From the NCBI GenBank assembly GCA_016218805.1, contig JACRCW010000128.1, forward strand, positions 1-64,000: a stretch of 64,000 nucleotides of DNA. Reading direction: 5' to 3'. This DNA is from Deltaproteobacteria bacterium. Its GTDB lineage: Bacteria; Myxococcota; JACRCW01. The notes beneath the pieces were generated by a model. It was not told the DNA's origin. It did no database searches and saw only the letters and a list, made by a program, of their open reading frames with translations. The translations under genes were made by a program, and so were the position numbers. The number at the start of each line of letters is the position of its first letter. Position 1 is the first letter of the stretch. Positions 19,583 through 28,611 of this stretch are shown piece by piece.

Positions 19583-20398
19583 GGACGGTGGACCGGTCCG
19601 GTCTGCGGCTGCCCAAAGGCTGGCAGGCGAAAGCAAAGAGGGCCACCGATGCGCTGGTGGCGCGCGTCAAAAGCCCTGCGCGGCCGGGGCCGCCAGCTGA
19701 GCAGCACAGACTTCGCGCCCTGGAAGGACGTCTACAACGACAGGGCGCTCAAGCGGGCATTGTGGCGGTCCCAGTCCCACAAGTGCTGCTATTGCGAAAT
19801 GGAGTACCAGGCAACCAACAGCGACGTGGAACATTTCCGCCCCAAGACGGCAGCGGATCGGATGAATGGAACTGTTGACGAGGGATACTGGTGGCTCGCC
19901 TTTGAATTCAGGAATCTCTTCTTCAGTTGCCCCAACTGCAATCGCCTCTCATCCACCAAGAACGACAAGTTTCCTCTTCATGACCCGGTCGGACGCCTGC
20001 GTCCCCAGGAACTGCCGTGGTGCAGGGCGGAGGGGGCGCTGGTGATCAATCCCGACGGCACGGAGCAGGCCGGCGGCGCTGAGGCGCACCTGACATTCGT
20101 CCAGGATGGCACAGGGTGTTGGCGGATCGCGCCCCGTAGGCGATCCCCATTTGGACGCAAGACAATCGAGGTCTGTGGACTTGATCGCGACGAGCTGGAT
20201 GAACTGCGGGACAAGCACGTTGTCTCGCACCTTCAGCCGGCGCTGGACGCGTACCGTTGCGCACGCACCCGGGGTCAGCGGGATGCAGCACTCAGGGCAG
20301 CGCGCCGCCTGTGTGAGCCCGGTGAGCCGTTCTCGCTGTTGGCGCGGGAGTTCTTTCTCCAACAAGGCATGGATATGGCTCAGCGCGCGCGGCCATAG
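19579..20398 (+). pseudogene. HNH endonuclease, PtuB-like, split by a +1 frameshift
   Basis: KCCYCE...DVEHFRPK...YWWLAFEFRNLFFSCPNCN; GTG start at 19579 overlaps the ATPase stop but is in another frame; removing one A from AAAA at 19669-19672 joins the frames (VK-ALRGRG). Confidence 0.8.
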
Positions 20399-20472
20399 AA
20401 CACCGCACAAGTGGCTTCCAAAGAGGGGCGGGCGTCGCTGCCGCCTTCCGCTCCTGCTATGGGCCCGGGGCC

Positions 20473-22170
20473 ATGGACCTGACCCGCGAGGAGACCCTTC
20501 TGGCGAGCGCCATCGCGCAGTTCGTTCACCAGGGGCGGTGGCCGGACGCCCCGCAGTTCCGTGTGGAGCATGAGCAAGACCGCGATATTCTGGACGACCT
20601 GCGACAGCGCGGTCTGCTCCGTCTCCGCCAGCACGCCACCGGGTACGCCTATGCGGTGACCCCCGCGGGTCTGGCGACGGTGACGACGCCAGAAGCCATG
20701 GACCTCCGAAACCAGACCCGGAGCCTGCTGGGCCTGTTCAAGGAGAAGTACCGGGAGAAGCCGGGGCACCTGTGGGACGCCGGGGAACTCCGGCGGCTCG
20801 CCAAGGAGCGGGACGTCCAGTTCTTTGAACAAGTCATCGAGTTGCTGGAGCCTGCGGCGGTGGTGCAGTCCGCTGACAAGGATGGTGTCGCGCTGTCGGT
20901 GGTGATCGCGGAGAGCATCCTTGACGTAGCCGACGACGTGTTTCCCCCGGCACTGACTCGCGACCCCGTCCCCGGCCAGCGCCCGGCCGTGCTGGTGCAA
21001 CGCATTCAACCGCGTGGCTTGCTGTCCTTTTCCCCCGCGTTCGCCCCGCTGGACCTGCAGCCACTCAACCTCCTCATTGGACCCAACGGCTCAGGAAAGT
21101 CCAACCTGCTGGAGGCCCTTGCCCTGCTCAGGGCGGCACCCGCATCGCTGGCCGAGTTCTTCCGCCATGGCACGTCCGCCGACGAGTGGCTCCACCGCAG
21201 CCGAGGGAAGACCTGTGAGGAAGCTTCCATCGAGGTCGTCACCGGTGCCAGCCTCACGGCCGGCCCCGGCGCTCGGGAGCTGCGACATCGACTGGCTTTT
21301 GTCACGGACGGGTTGCGACGCGTCATCAGCGATGAGCGACTCGAGAATGCGTCGGCGTGGAAAGGCCAGCAACGCCCCTACTTGTTTTTCGGCTATGACG
21401 CCGGGAGGCCGCGCTTCAACGTTGTGCGGAGCGGACCCCGCATGCTGCAGCGGGAGGAACTGCGCCCCGGCGAGTCCGCCCTCAGCCAGCGGTCCGACGC
21501 CCGGACGTACCCGGAGGTGTGCGCGCTGGCCGCGGCCTACCGCGGCATCCGCCTATACCGGGACTGGGTCATCGGGCCGGATGCGCCCTACCGTCAGGCG
21601 CCTCGCGCCGACGTTCCTGACGACCACCTGGACGAGAACTGCGGCAACCTTGCCGTGGTGGTTGGCCGGTTGAAGAAGGGGTCAACCTGGCCGCGCCTCC
21701 TGGAGGAGTTGCGTCGTTTCTATCCGCCCGTGACGGACCTTGAGACGCTGCCCATGGGGCCTGGCGTGCAGTTGAACTTCCTGGAACACGGCGGGCGGAC
21801 CCCCGCGAGCCGGATGTCTGATGGGACCCTCCGGTATCTGTGCTTGCTCGCGGTGTTGTTGGATCCGGAACCCCCGACGCTGGTTGGCCTTGAAGAGCCT
21901 GAGCTGGGGATGCACCCGGACATGCTCCCGCACCTGGCCCGCCTGCTGCGCGAAGCATCCGAACGGATGCAACTGGTGGTTACCACGCACTCCGAGTTGC
22001 TGGTGGACGCGTTCACCGCCACCCCGGAGGTGATCCTGGTGTGCGAGCGTGACGACGAAGGCACCACGCTGCGCCGGCTGGATGCCGCGGAGTTGGCCGA
22101 TTGGCTCAAGGACCACAGCGGCCTGGGTGACCTGTGGATGCGCGGCTTCCTGGGGGGCACGCGATGGTGA
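20473..22170 (+). CDS. ABC-type (AAA_21-like) ATPase with ~170-aa N-terminal extension
   Basis: LIGPNGSGKSNLLEAL, MSDGTLRYL, LEEPELGMHP, VVTTHS. Confidence 0.88.
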   Translation: MDLTREETLLASAIAQFVHQGRWPDAPQFRVEHEQDRDILDDLRQRGLLRLRQHATGYAYAVTPAGLATVTTPEAMDLRNQTRSLLGLFKEKYREKPGHLWDAGELRRLAKERDVQFFEQVIELLEPAAVVQSADKDGVALSVVIAESILDVADDVFPPALTRDPVPGQRPAVLVQRIQPRGLLSFSPAFAPLDLQPLNLLIGPNGSGKSNLLEALALLRAAPASLAEFFRHGTSADEWLHRSRGKTCEEASIEVVTGASLTAGPGARELRHRLAFVTDGLRRVISDERLENASAWKGQQRPYLFFGYDAGRPRFNVVRSGPRMLQREELRPGESALSQRSDARTYPEVCALAAAYRGIRLYRDWVIGPDAPYRQAPRADVPDDHLDENCGNLAVVVGRLKKGSTWPRLLEELRRFYPPVTDLETLPMGPGVQLNFLEHGGRTPASRMSDGTLRYLCLLAVLLDPEPPTLVGLEEPELGMHPDMLPHLARLLREASERMQLVVTTHSELLVDAFTATPEVILVCERDDEGTTLRRLDAAELADWLKDHSGLGDLWMRGFLGGTRW

Positions 22171-22736
22171 AGTTGTTTGTGGAAGGCGGCGGGGATGCCC
22201 GCCGGTTGCGAACCGAGCTGCGCGAAGGCTTCCACGGGTTGCTCAGCAAGGCAGGAGTGCGCCGGATGCCGCGCATCATTGCGTGCGGTCCGCGCTCACA
22301 GGCGTTCCGGGACTTCTCCAACGAGCGCCAGAAAGGGCCGGCCGTCCTGTTGGTGGACAGCGAGGGCCCAGGAACCGCGTCCCCGTGGGAGCACGTCCGA
22401 AGAGACGTGGAGAAGCCTCCCGCCGCGACGGAGGAGGATCTCCACTTCATGGCGGTGACCATGGAGACGTGGTTGTGTTCGGATCCCGGGGCGTTGGAAG
22501 GGTACTACGGCCAGGGCTTCAAGGCTGCCGCTCTGCCTCAACGCCCCAACCTCGAAGAGGAGCCCAAGAACGACGTCAACGCGAAGCTCGCCGCGGCGGT
22601 GAAAGCCAGCCGCAAGGGGCGGTACAACAAGGGGGAGGACTCGTTCACCGTGCTTGGCAGGATTGATCCCGGTTGCATTGCGGCGCGCTGCCCGCGCTGG
22701 GGGAAGCGTTTCCTGGACGCCGCACACTCGTGGTGA
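22164..22736 (+). CDS. DUF4276-like (TOPRIM-fold) partner of the ATPase
   Basis: KLFVEGGGD, LLVDSEG, METWLCSD, YNKG; start overlaps the ATPase 3' end. Confidence 0.8.
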   Translation: MVKLFVEGGGDARRLRTELREGFHGLLSKAGVRRMPRIIACGPRSQAFRDFSNERQKGPAVLLVDSEGPGTASPWEHVRRDVEKPPAATEEDLHFMAVTMETWLCSDPGALEGYYGQGFKAAALPQRPNLEEEPKNDVNAKLAAAVKASRKGRYNKGEDSFTVLGRIDPGCIAARCPRWGKRFLDAAHSW

Positions 22737-22793
22737 CCCGGGGGCATGCGGGACGCGGGGAGCAGCCGGGTGAAGGGGTGCGGCGCCCCGCGG

Positions 22794-22818
22794 GTGTCTC
22801 ACCAAACGAGACACTTTT
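22794..22818 (+). terminator. Putative intrinsic terminator
   Basis: GTGTCTC-ACCAAAC-GAGACAC hairpin followed by TTTT, downstream of the ATPase/DUF4276 operon. Confidence 0.45.
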
Positions 22819-23014
22819 GGGCGGGAACAGGGGTGCCGCCGGCCCTCCAACGGGGCAACCCACGCGCCGGGATGAACCATGCAGCGACGCGGCAGCCCTT
22901 CTTCGGCCACGCTCATCAAGCGCCTTTGCAGATGCGCGCGCGGGTGGGGCCACTCATCCGCCCCGCGGCGGCGCTGAAGTGCAGCGGCGTGGGAGTCCGC
23001 TTTGGCCGCTATTC

Positions 23015-23593
23015 CTAGTCCAGCCCGAAGACCACCGGCAGCCGCAGTTCAATGGCGTCAAACGGTTCGGCGCGAACGACCTCGCTCTGCTCCGCGGTCA
23101 GGGCCGTCAGGTAGCCCTCCGCGGTCCATCGCAGCACGCTCAGCGTTCCGCGCTCCGGGTCCACGAGCCAACAATGGGGCACCCCGTGCCTGTGCAGCGT
23201 GCGCAGCTTCTTGACCGTGTCGTTGGTTGCGTTGCTGGCCGACAGCACCTCGCATACCCAGTCGGGACGCGCATGCACCGGACGTTCGCGGGGGCGCTCC
23301 GGGATGCGTTCCCGCCGCCAGCCCACCAGGTCATGCCGGTAGACCTGGTGCTCCGAGTACTCCACCTCCACCTCGGTCATCAGCCACCACCCGCCGGGCC
23401 CGCCGTTTCCCGCGCGCCGCTGGAACGGCTGGAACAGCTGGGCGCCCAGGCCCAACTGCGCCGTGCCATGATCCGGCCCCGGTGCGGCCTTCTCCACAAT
23501 GTCACCGTCGATAATTTCCGCCCGGGCGTCATCAGGCAGGGCCGCCAGGTCCGCAGCGGTGGCGTGGTGCGGGGGATTGCGCGCGGTGATCAC
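23015..23593 (-). CDS. Uma2 (DUF820) family endonuclease-like protein
   Basis: AEIIDG...[36 protein letters not shown]. Confidence 0.92.
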   Translation of the reverse strand: MITARNPPHHATAADLAALPDDARAEIIDGDIVEKAAPGPDHGTAQLGLGAQLFQPFQRRAGNGGPGGWWLMTEVEVEYSEHQVYRHDLVGWRRERIPERPRERPVHARPDWVCEVLSASNATNDTVKKLRTLHRHGVPHCWLVDPERGTLSVLRWTAEGYLTALTAEQSEVVRAEPFDAIELRLPVVFGLD

Positions 23594-23624
23594 GCGCCAA
23601 CCCTAGCCACGCGCGCGTCCATTG

Positions 23625-24293
23625 TCAGAAGTTCACCCGCACGTTGTCCCCCCGCGTCCCCAGCGCCAGCAGCTTGTCCCGCGCCGCCGTCACCATCCCC
23701 GGTGGCCCGCTCAGGAACGCCACCAGCCCGGTCCACGGCAGCGCGTCCCCCGCCAGCGCGTCCGTCACGCGGCCGGCCACCTCCGGCGGCTCCGGGACGT
23801 CACGGCTGACAAACAGCGTGGTCCGGTGCGCCCCGCGCAGGCGCTCCAGCAGGGCAAACCCGCCACGGTCACGCACGCCGTACAGCAGCGTGGCCACCGC
23901 GCCGCGCTCCACCACGGCGCCCAGCAGCGGGACCAACGGCGCAATGCCCGTCCCGCCGGCCACCAGCAACACCGGCGTGCCCGGCCGCACGCCCGTGAGC
24001 GGGAACCCAAACCCCTGGGCCCCGCCCAGGGTGAACTCGGTCCCGGGCGCGGCGCGGTACAGCGCCCCGGCGGCGCCGTCTCCGTCACGGACCAACAGTT
24101 CCACAGGGTCGCCAGGCGGGTTGACCAGGGCAAACCAGCCGGTGCCCTCCGGCGTCCCGGCCGCTACGTACTGGCCGGGCTGGGTATGTGAGACGCCGCC
24201 CAGGTCAGCCACGTGCAGCTCCAGCAGCACCTGGCGGGTGGCCGCCGGGAGGCGCCGGGCCACGCGGGCCGGCTGGGAGGGAAGGTGGGGCAT
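23625..24293 (-). CDS. FAD/NAD(P)-binding oxidoreductase (ferredoxin-reductase-like)
   Basis: [36 protein letters not shown]-terminal NF. Confidence 0.85.
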   Translation of the reverse strand: MPHLPSQPARVARRLPAATRQVLLELHVADLGGVSHTQPGQYVAAGTPEGTGWFALVNPPGDPVELLVRDGDGAAGALYRAAPGTEFTLGGAQGFGFPLTGVRPGTPVLLVAGGTGIAPLVPLLGAVVERGAVATLLYGVRDRGGFALLERLRGAHRTTLFVSRDVPEPPEVAGRVTDALAGDALPWTGLVAFLSGPPGMVTAARDKLLALGTRGDNVRVNF

Positions 24294-24412
24294 GAGGGTG
24301 GGGACCGCCGGGAGGGCCGCCGTTCTACCGCGTTCCACCGCCTTGTGCCGGTGGGACCGCGTTGCTAATGGCCACGCCCCCCCCACCCCGGATCCAGGTT
24401 GGATCCGGGGAA

Positions 24413-24495
24413 CCCACACGCGTTGGGCAGGGTGCAGGGGTCCCTCGCAGGCAGGAGGGCCTGTCACCGGTTTCACCCAGCGCGGAGGCACAACC
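24413..24495 (+). promoter_or_regulatory. rpsB 5' leader (t44-like, uS2 autoregulatory RNA)
   Basis: CACACGCGTTGGG...GGGGT...CCCAGCGCGGAGGCACAACC, matching the CACAC...GGGU...GGAGGCAUAACC layout of rpsB leaders; directly upstream of rpsB and preceded by a perfect hairpin at 24386-24410. Confidence 0.7.
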
Positions 24496-24543
24496 ACCGG
24501 GGCGTTTTCCGCCCCTGACATAAGAGAGATTGGAGACCACCCT

Positions 24544-25446
24544 ATGGCAGCCATCACCATGCAGCAGATGTTGGAAGCGGGCGCGCACTTCGGCCACCAG
24601 ACGCGGCGCTGGAACCCCAAGATGAAGCCGTACATCTGGGGCGCCCGCAACGGCATCTACATTGTGGACCTCCGCCAGACCGTGCCCATGTTCCGGTCCG
24701 CCTACCAGTTCCTGGTGGACATCACCGCCCGCGGCGAAAAGGTGCTGTTTGTGGGCACCAAGAAGCAGGCGCAGGAAGTGGTGATGGAGGAGGCCACGCG
24801 CTCCGGCCAGTTCTACGTCCACAACCGCTGGCTGGGCGGCATGCTGTCCAACTTCCGCACCATCAAGGGCTCCATTGACCGGCTCAAGCAGATTGAGAAG
24901 ATGGCCACGGACGGCACGTTTGAGCGCCTGCCCAAGAAGGAGGTCCTCAAGCTGACCCGTGAGAAGGGCAAGCTGGAGAAGAACCTGCTGGGCATCAAGG
25001 AGATGAGCCGGCTGCCGGGCGCGGTGTTCGTCATTGACCCCAAGAAGGAGCACATTGCGGTGGACGAAGCCCGCAAGCTGGGCATCCCGATTGTGGGCAT
25101 TGTGGACACCAACTGCGATCCCGAGGGGATCCAGTTTGTCATCCCGGCGAACGACGACGCCATCCGCTCCATCAAGCTGTTCACCGGCGCGGTGGCGGAC
25201 GCCTGCCAGGAGGGCGGCGCGGTGTACGCGGAGAAGGCCGCGGCGCGCGCCGACAAGGGCGAGGAGGCCGGCAAGCCGGAGGCCGCCGAGCCGCGCAAGG
25301 AGGATCCGCGCCGCCGTGGTGGCCGTGGTCCGCGCGTGGAGTTTGTGAAGCGTGACGCGCCGGGCGCCAAGCCCGCGGCACCGGACGAGGAAGGCGCCGC
25401 CGAGGCGCCCGAGACGACGCCGGCGACCCCCGCCCCGCAGGCCTGA
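24544..25446 (+). CDS. rpsB: 30S ribosomal protein S2
   Basis: [45 protein letters not shown]. Confidence 0.99.
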   Translation: MAAITMQQMLEAGAHFGHQTRRWNPKMKPYIWGARNGIYIVDLRQTVPMFRSAYQFLVDITARGEKVLFVGTKKQAQEVVMEEATRSGQFYVHNRWLGGMLSNFRTIKGSIDRLKQIEKMATDGTFERLPKKEVLKLTREKGKLEKNLLGIKEMSRLPGAVFVIDPKKEHIAVDEARKLGIPIVGIVDTNCDPEGIQFVIPANDDAIRSIKLFTGAVADACQEGGAVYAEKAAARADKGEEAGKPEAAEPRKEDPRRRGGRGPRVEFVKRDAPGAKPAAPDEEGAAEAPETTPATPAPQA

Positions 25447-25534
25447 GTTCCCCGTTCATCAAGGCAGTCCCAAGACAACGGGCGGGCGCCGCGGGTCGGC
25501 GCCCCCCCGTCCGTGCTCACTGGAGAGATTTCCC

Positions 25535-26182
25535 ATGATTTCAGCCGACCAGGTGAAGGCCCTGCGCGAGAAGACCGGCGCGGGGATGATGGAATGCAAG
25601 CAGGCGCTCACCGAGACCAACGGTGACATGACCAAGGCCGAAGAGGTCCTGCGCAAGAAGGGCGTGAAGACCGCCGAGAAGAAGGCCGGGAACATCGCCG
25701 CGGAAGGCGCGGTGGGTTCCTACATCCACATGGGCGGGAAGATTGGCGTCCTTGTGGAGATCAACAGCCAGACGGACTTTGCCGCCAAGGGTGAGGAGTT
25801 CCAGGAACTGGTGCGTGACGTGGCCATGCACATTGCCGCGGCCAACCCGCGCTGGATCCGCCGCGAAGAGGTGCCGCCGGAGGTGGTGGCCAAGGAGAAG
25901 GAGATCGCGGTGGAGGTGGCCCGCAAGGAGGGCAAGCCGGACAAGATCCTTGAGAAGATCGCCGAGGGGAAGGTGGTCAAGTTCTACGAGGAGAACTGCC
26001 TGCTGGAGCAGAAGTTTGTGAAGGACCAGGACAAGACGGTGCAGCAGATGCTCACCGACAAGATCGCCAAGATCCGTGAGAACCTGTCCATCCGCCGCTT
26101 TGCGCGCTTCCAGCTGGGCGAAGGCATTGAGAAGAAGACCGGGGACTTTGCCAAGGAAGTGGCCGCGGCCGCGGGGCACTGA
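25535..26182 (+). CDS. tsf: Elongation factor Ts (short form)
   Basis: VKALREKTGAGMMECK, EINSQTDF, MHIAA, IRRFARFQLGEG. Confidence 0.98.
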   Translation: MISADQVKALREKTGAGMMECKQALTETNGDMTKAEEVLRKKGVKTAEKKAGNIAAEGAVGSYIHMGGKIGVLVEINSQTDFAAKGEEFQELVRDVAMHIAAANPRWIRREEVPPEVVAKEKEIAVEVARKEGKPDKILEKIAEGKVVKFYEENCLLEQKFVKDQDKTVQQMLTDKIAKIRENLSIRRFARFQLGEGIEKKTGDFAKEVAAAAGH

Positions 26183-26188
26183 CCCCGG

Positions 26189-27058
26189 TCAGCTCCACGT
26201 CACGCTCACCCGGACCACCTCGCCGATGACGTTGCTGAGCCCGTGGTAGACCACGGCGGCGAGGATGGACCCGGAGGACGAGCGCAGCGCACAGAACAGC
26301 AGCGCCGGGAAGAACGGCAGCAGGCGGGTGGGGTTCCATTCGCCCACAAAGTGGCCCAGCGCGAACCACGCGCTTCCCAACAGCACCGCCTTGCCCAGCC
26401 CTGCGCCCAGCACCGTGACGCGGGGCGGCCAGGCGCGCGCGAGCAGCGTGTGCACGTAGCCGCGGTAGAACAGCTCCTCCGGCACGGCGACCACGACCAG
26501 GTGCGTGAACATGAGCGCGGCAAACCCCGCGGGCAGCTGCCAGGCCACCTTGATGCTGTGCCCGGACTGCGCGGCCAGCCAGCGCTGCACCTCCACGTAG
26601 CCCCACGCAAACGGCGGGAAGGTCACAGCGCAGGCCAGCATCGCCAGGCCCAGTGAGCGCGCGGCGCCGCGGCCATCCAGCCGCGCGCCCACCGTGTAGG
26701 GGTGCAGCCACCACGACACCGCGCGCGCGCGGCGGCGCCCCCGCGGGCGCAGCAGGCGCACCAGCGCGTACGACAGGATGCGCAGCGGCACGCCCACCAG
26801 GCCGTGCGCGTGGATGCCGTACGCGCGCGGGGGAATGCGCGCCCTGTCCAGGCGGTCCAGCGGGATGACCAGCTGCCAGGCGGCGGCCAGCGTGAAGGCG
26901 GCGCCGGGAAGGCCCAGCGCGCCATCCAGCAGCGGCTTGGACAGCCCCAACAGGATGACCAGGCCCGCGCACAGGCCGAGCACTTCGCGCGGGCCGCGTT
27001 CCGGGTGCGCCTGGCTGGGCGGCGCCAGGCGGTCCAGCAGCGCGTTCAGGCGGTCCAT
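26189..27058 (-). CDS. CPBP-family intramembrane glutamic endopeptidase (myxosortase-like)
   Basis: PEELFYRG, FALGH, YHGLSN motifs; several TM segments; start set at MDRLNALL. Confidence 0.85.
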   Translation of the reverse strand: MDRLNALLDRLAPPSQAHPERGPREVLGLCAGLVILLGLSKPLLDGALGLPGAAFTLAAAWQLVIPLDRLDRARIPPRAYGIHAHGLVGVPLRILSYALVRLLRPRGRRRARAVSWWLHPYTVGARLDGRGAARSLGLAMLACAVTFPPFAWGYVEVQRWLAAQSGHSIKVAWQLPAGFAALMFTHLVVVAVPEELFYRGYVHTLLARAWPPRVTVLGAGLGKAVLLGSAWFALGHFVGEWNPTRLLPFFPALLFCALRSSSGSILAAVVYHGLSNVIGEVVRVSVTWS

Positions 27059-27372
27059 GGCGCGGGCGGGCGCGCACTCCGCGCGTGGGTCGCCTCCCCC
27101 CTTGTGGGTGAGGCCGGAGCATGGTCCGGATGGGGGGCGCGCCAGGGCGCAGGCACCACGCGCTCCGCCCACCCCCCACCCGACAAGCCGTGCCGGCTCG
27201 TTGGCCTCCGCCCGGGTGGGGGGAGGCATGGCGGGGCGGGACGGACTAGCGTGCCCGCGGCCGGGAACGGGGGATGGCGGCTTGGGAAGGGAAGCGTCAC
27301 TTGGGGGCACCCGCGGCCGACGAGCCTACGGCAGGGCAGGGCGGGGGTGACAAGGGGTCTGAAGGGGACGGC

Positions 27373-28086
27373 ATGGGCGCATGGTTGTTCCGGCACCGGC
27401 TGGGCGTGATGGCGGGGGCGTTCCTCGTGGGGCTGCTGAGCCTGTTCCTGGCGGCGCGCCTGGCCGGGGACGGGCGCTGGTACCTGTGGCCGGTGTGGTT
27501 CCTGGACGGGCAGCCGGGCCTGCCGCGTCTCACGCTGCGGGTCACCGGCGCGGGCTGCCTGGCGGCGTTTGCGCTGCGCTGCTGGGGCGAGGCCCACCTG
27601 GGCGCCGCGGTGTACGGCCAGGGCCGCACGGCCGGTCTGGTCGACACGGGCCCGTTCGCCTGGCTGCGCAACCCGCTGTACGTGGGCACCTGGCTGTTCT
27701 TCCTCTCCGCGGTGGCGCTGTGGGCACCGGCGCTGGGCTGGGTGGCGCTGTGCGCCGGGTTTGCCGCGGCGCTGCACGCCATGGTGCTCCACGAAGAGAC
27801 CCTGCTGCGCGGCGCGCTGGGTGCGCCGTACGTGAACTACCTCACGCGGGTGCCGCGCTGGCTGCCCCGGCGGCGCGCGGCTGCGCCGGGTGCGGTGACG
27901 CCGTCGGCGGCCGCCTGGCGCGCGGCCGCACTGGGGAACCTGGGGCTTTTGTCCCTGGGCTGTTACCGCGTGGTCGTGGGGGCGGGCGTGCCCGGTGAGA
28001 TCCCGGGCGCGCTCAACGCGCTGCTGGTGCTGACCTGGGTGGTGGTGGTGGTGGTGCGCCGCCGCCGGCGGTCCGCGGCGGCGTGA
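27373..28086 (+). CDS. ICMT/PEMT-like membrane methyltransferase
   Basis: LVDTGPFAWLRNPLYVG, EETLL...YVNYLTRVPRWLP. Confidence 0.85.
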   Translation: MGAWLFRHRLGVMAGAFLVGLLSLFLAARLAGDGRWYLWPVWFLDGQPGLPRLTLRVTGAGCLAAFALRCWGEAHLGAAVYGQGRTAGLVDTGPFAWLRNPLYVGTWLFFLSAVALWAPALGWVALCAGFAAALHAMVLHEETLLRGALGAPYVNYLTRVPRWLPRRRAAAPGAVTPSAAAWRAAALGNLGLLSLGCYRVVVGAGVPGEIPGALNALLVLTWVVVVVVRRRRRSAAA

Positions 28087-28183
28087 GCCCTCAGTACACG
28101 TCCCCAGAGAAAGCTGATCCTATGAGGCGCGCTTGCGTGCGGGGTCCGCCATCGACGGCAGAGGGCGGGCAATGGACCACGGC

Positions 28184-28406
28184 GTAGGGCGGGGGCTCGT
28201 CCGGCTCGTCCCCCGCCCGGTTCACTCAAACGCGGGCGCTCCCGTCTCCCTGACGGCATGGTGTGCGAGCCGCCCCATCACCGCACGGAGAGCAGAGTCG
28301 AGCCGAATCCGTTCTCTGCGACACGGCGGAGGAGGAAGACCTCGCGTGTGAACGGCCCCGCATCTCCAATCGGGCGGGGGACAAGCCGGACAAGCCCCCG
28401 CCCTAC
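28184..28406. repeat. Inverted pair of GTAG-type REP elements (REPIN-like)
   Basis: 28184-28219 GTAGGGCGGGGGCTCGTCCGGCTCGTCCCCCGCCCG is the reverse complement of 28371-28406 with 2 mismatches in 36 bp. Confidence 0.8.
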
Positions 28407-28412
28407 AAGGAA

Positions 28413-28488
28413 CGCGCGGAAACCCGCGGAAAGACGCGCAAAAAACCCGCGGAAAGACCTGCGGAAACCAGAGGAAACACGCGGAACA
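28413..28488. repeat. Short imperfect tandem repeat of CGCGGAAA(C/G)
   Basis: About 7 units at 10-13 bp spacing: cgcggaaac, cgcggaaag, cgcgcaaaa, cgcggaaag, tgcggaaac, agaggaaac, cgcggaac. Confidence 0.7.
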
Positions 28489-28611
28489 GCGCCCTCCGCC
28501 ACACGCGGCGGCCGGAACAACGTGGCCGCCTCTGCGGCACCGATCCACGGCGCCTTGGCAGCAGCGGTGCAGAAGCCCGCTCACAAGGTCACTTTCTCCG
28601 GGGAGCCGTAC

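Larger units (their letters stand above)
5239..23593. other. Accessory, defence-island-like region between truB and the oxidoreductase/rpsB locus
   Basis: Cluster of ATPase-nuclease pairs, restriction endonuclease, TOPRIM-like, HNH, Uma2, Lon and hypothetical genes; no integrase or att sites seen; boundaries approximate. Confidence 0.6.

Noticed and set aside
18353..20398. Retron (type I-A) system
   Set aside because: No reverse transcriptase ORF or msr-msd-like region was seen next to the PtuAB-like genes
23644..24543. 300-aa N-terminal extension of RpsB in the ORF track
   Set aside because: It is the antisense of the oxidoreductase gene plus the leader; the real start is ATG 24544 after a GGAG RBS. 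The long upstream extensions of ORFs 31660..32955 and 56767..61194 are likewise artefacts
28039..28070. (GTG)n/(CGC)n microsatellite as a contingency locus
   Set aside because: It encodes the VVVVVV-RRRRR end of a TM helix, and triplet changes would keep the frame
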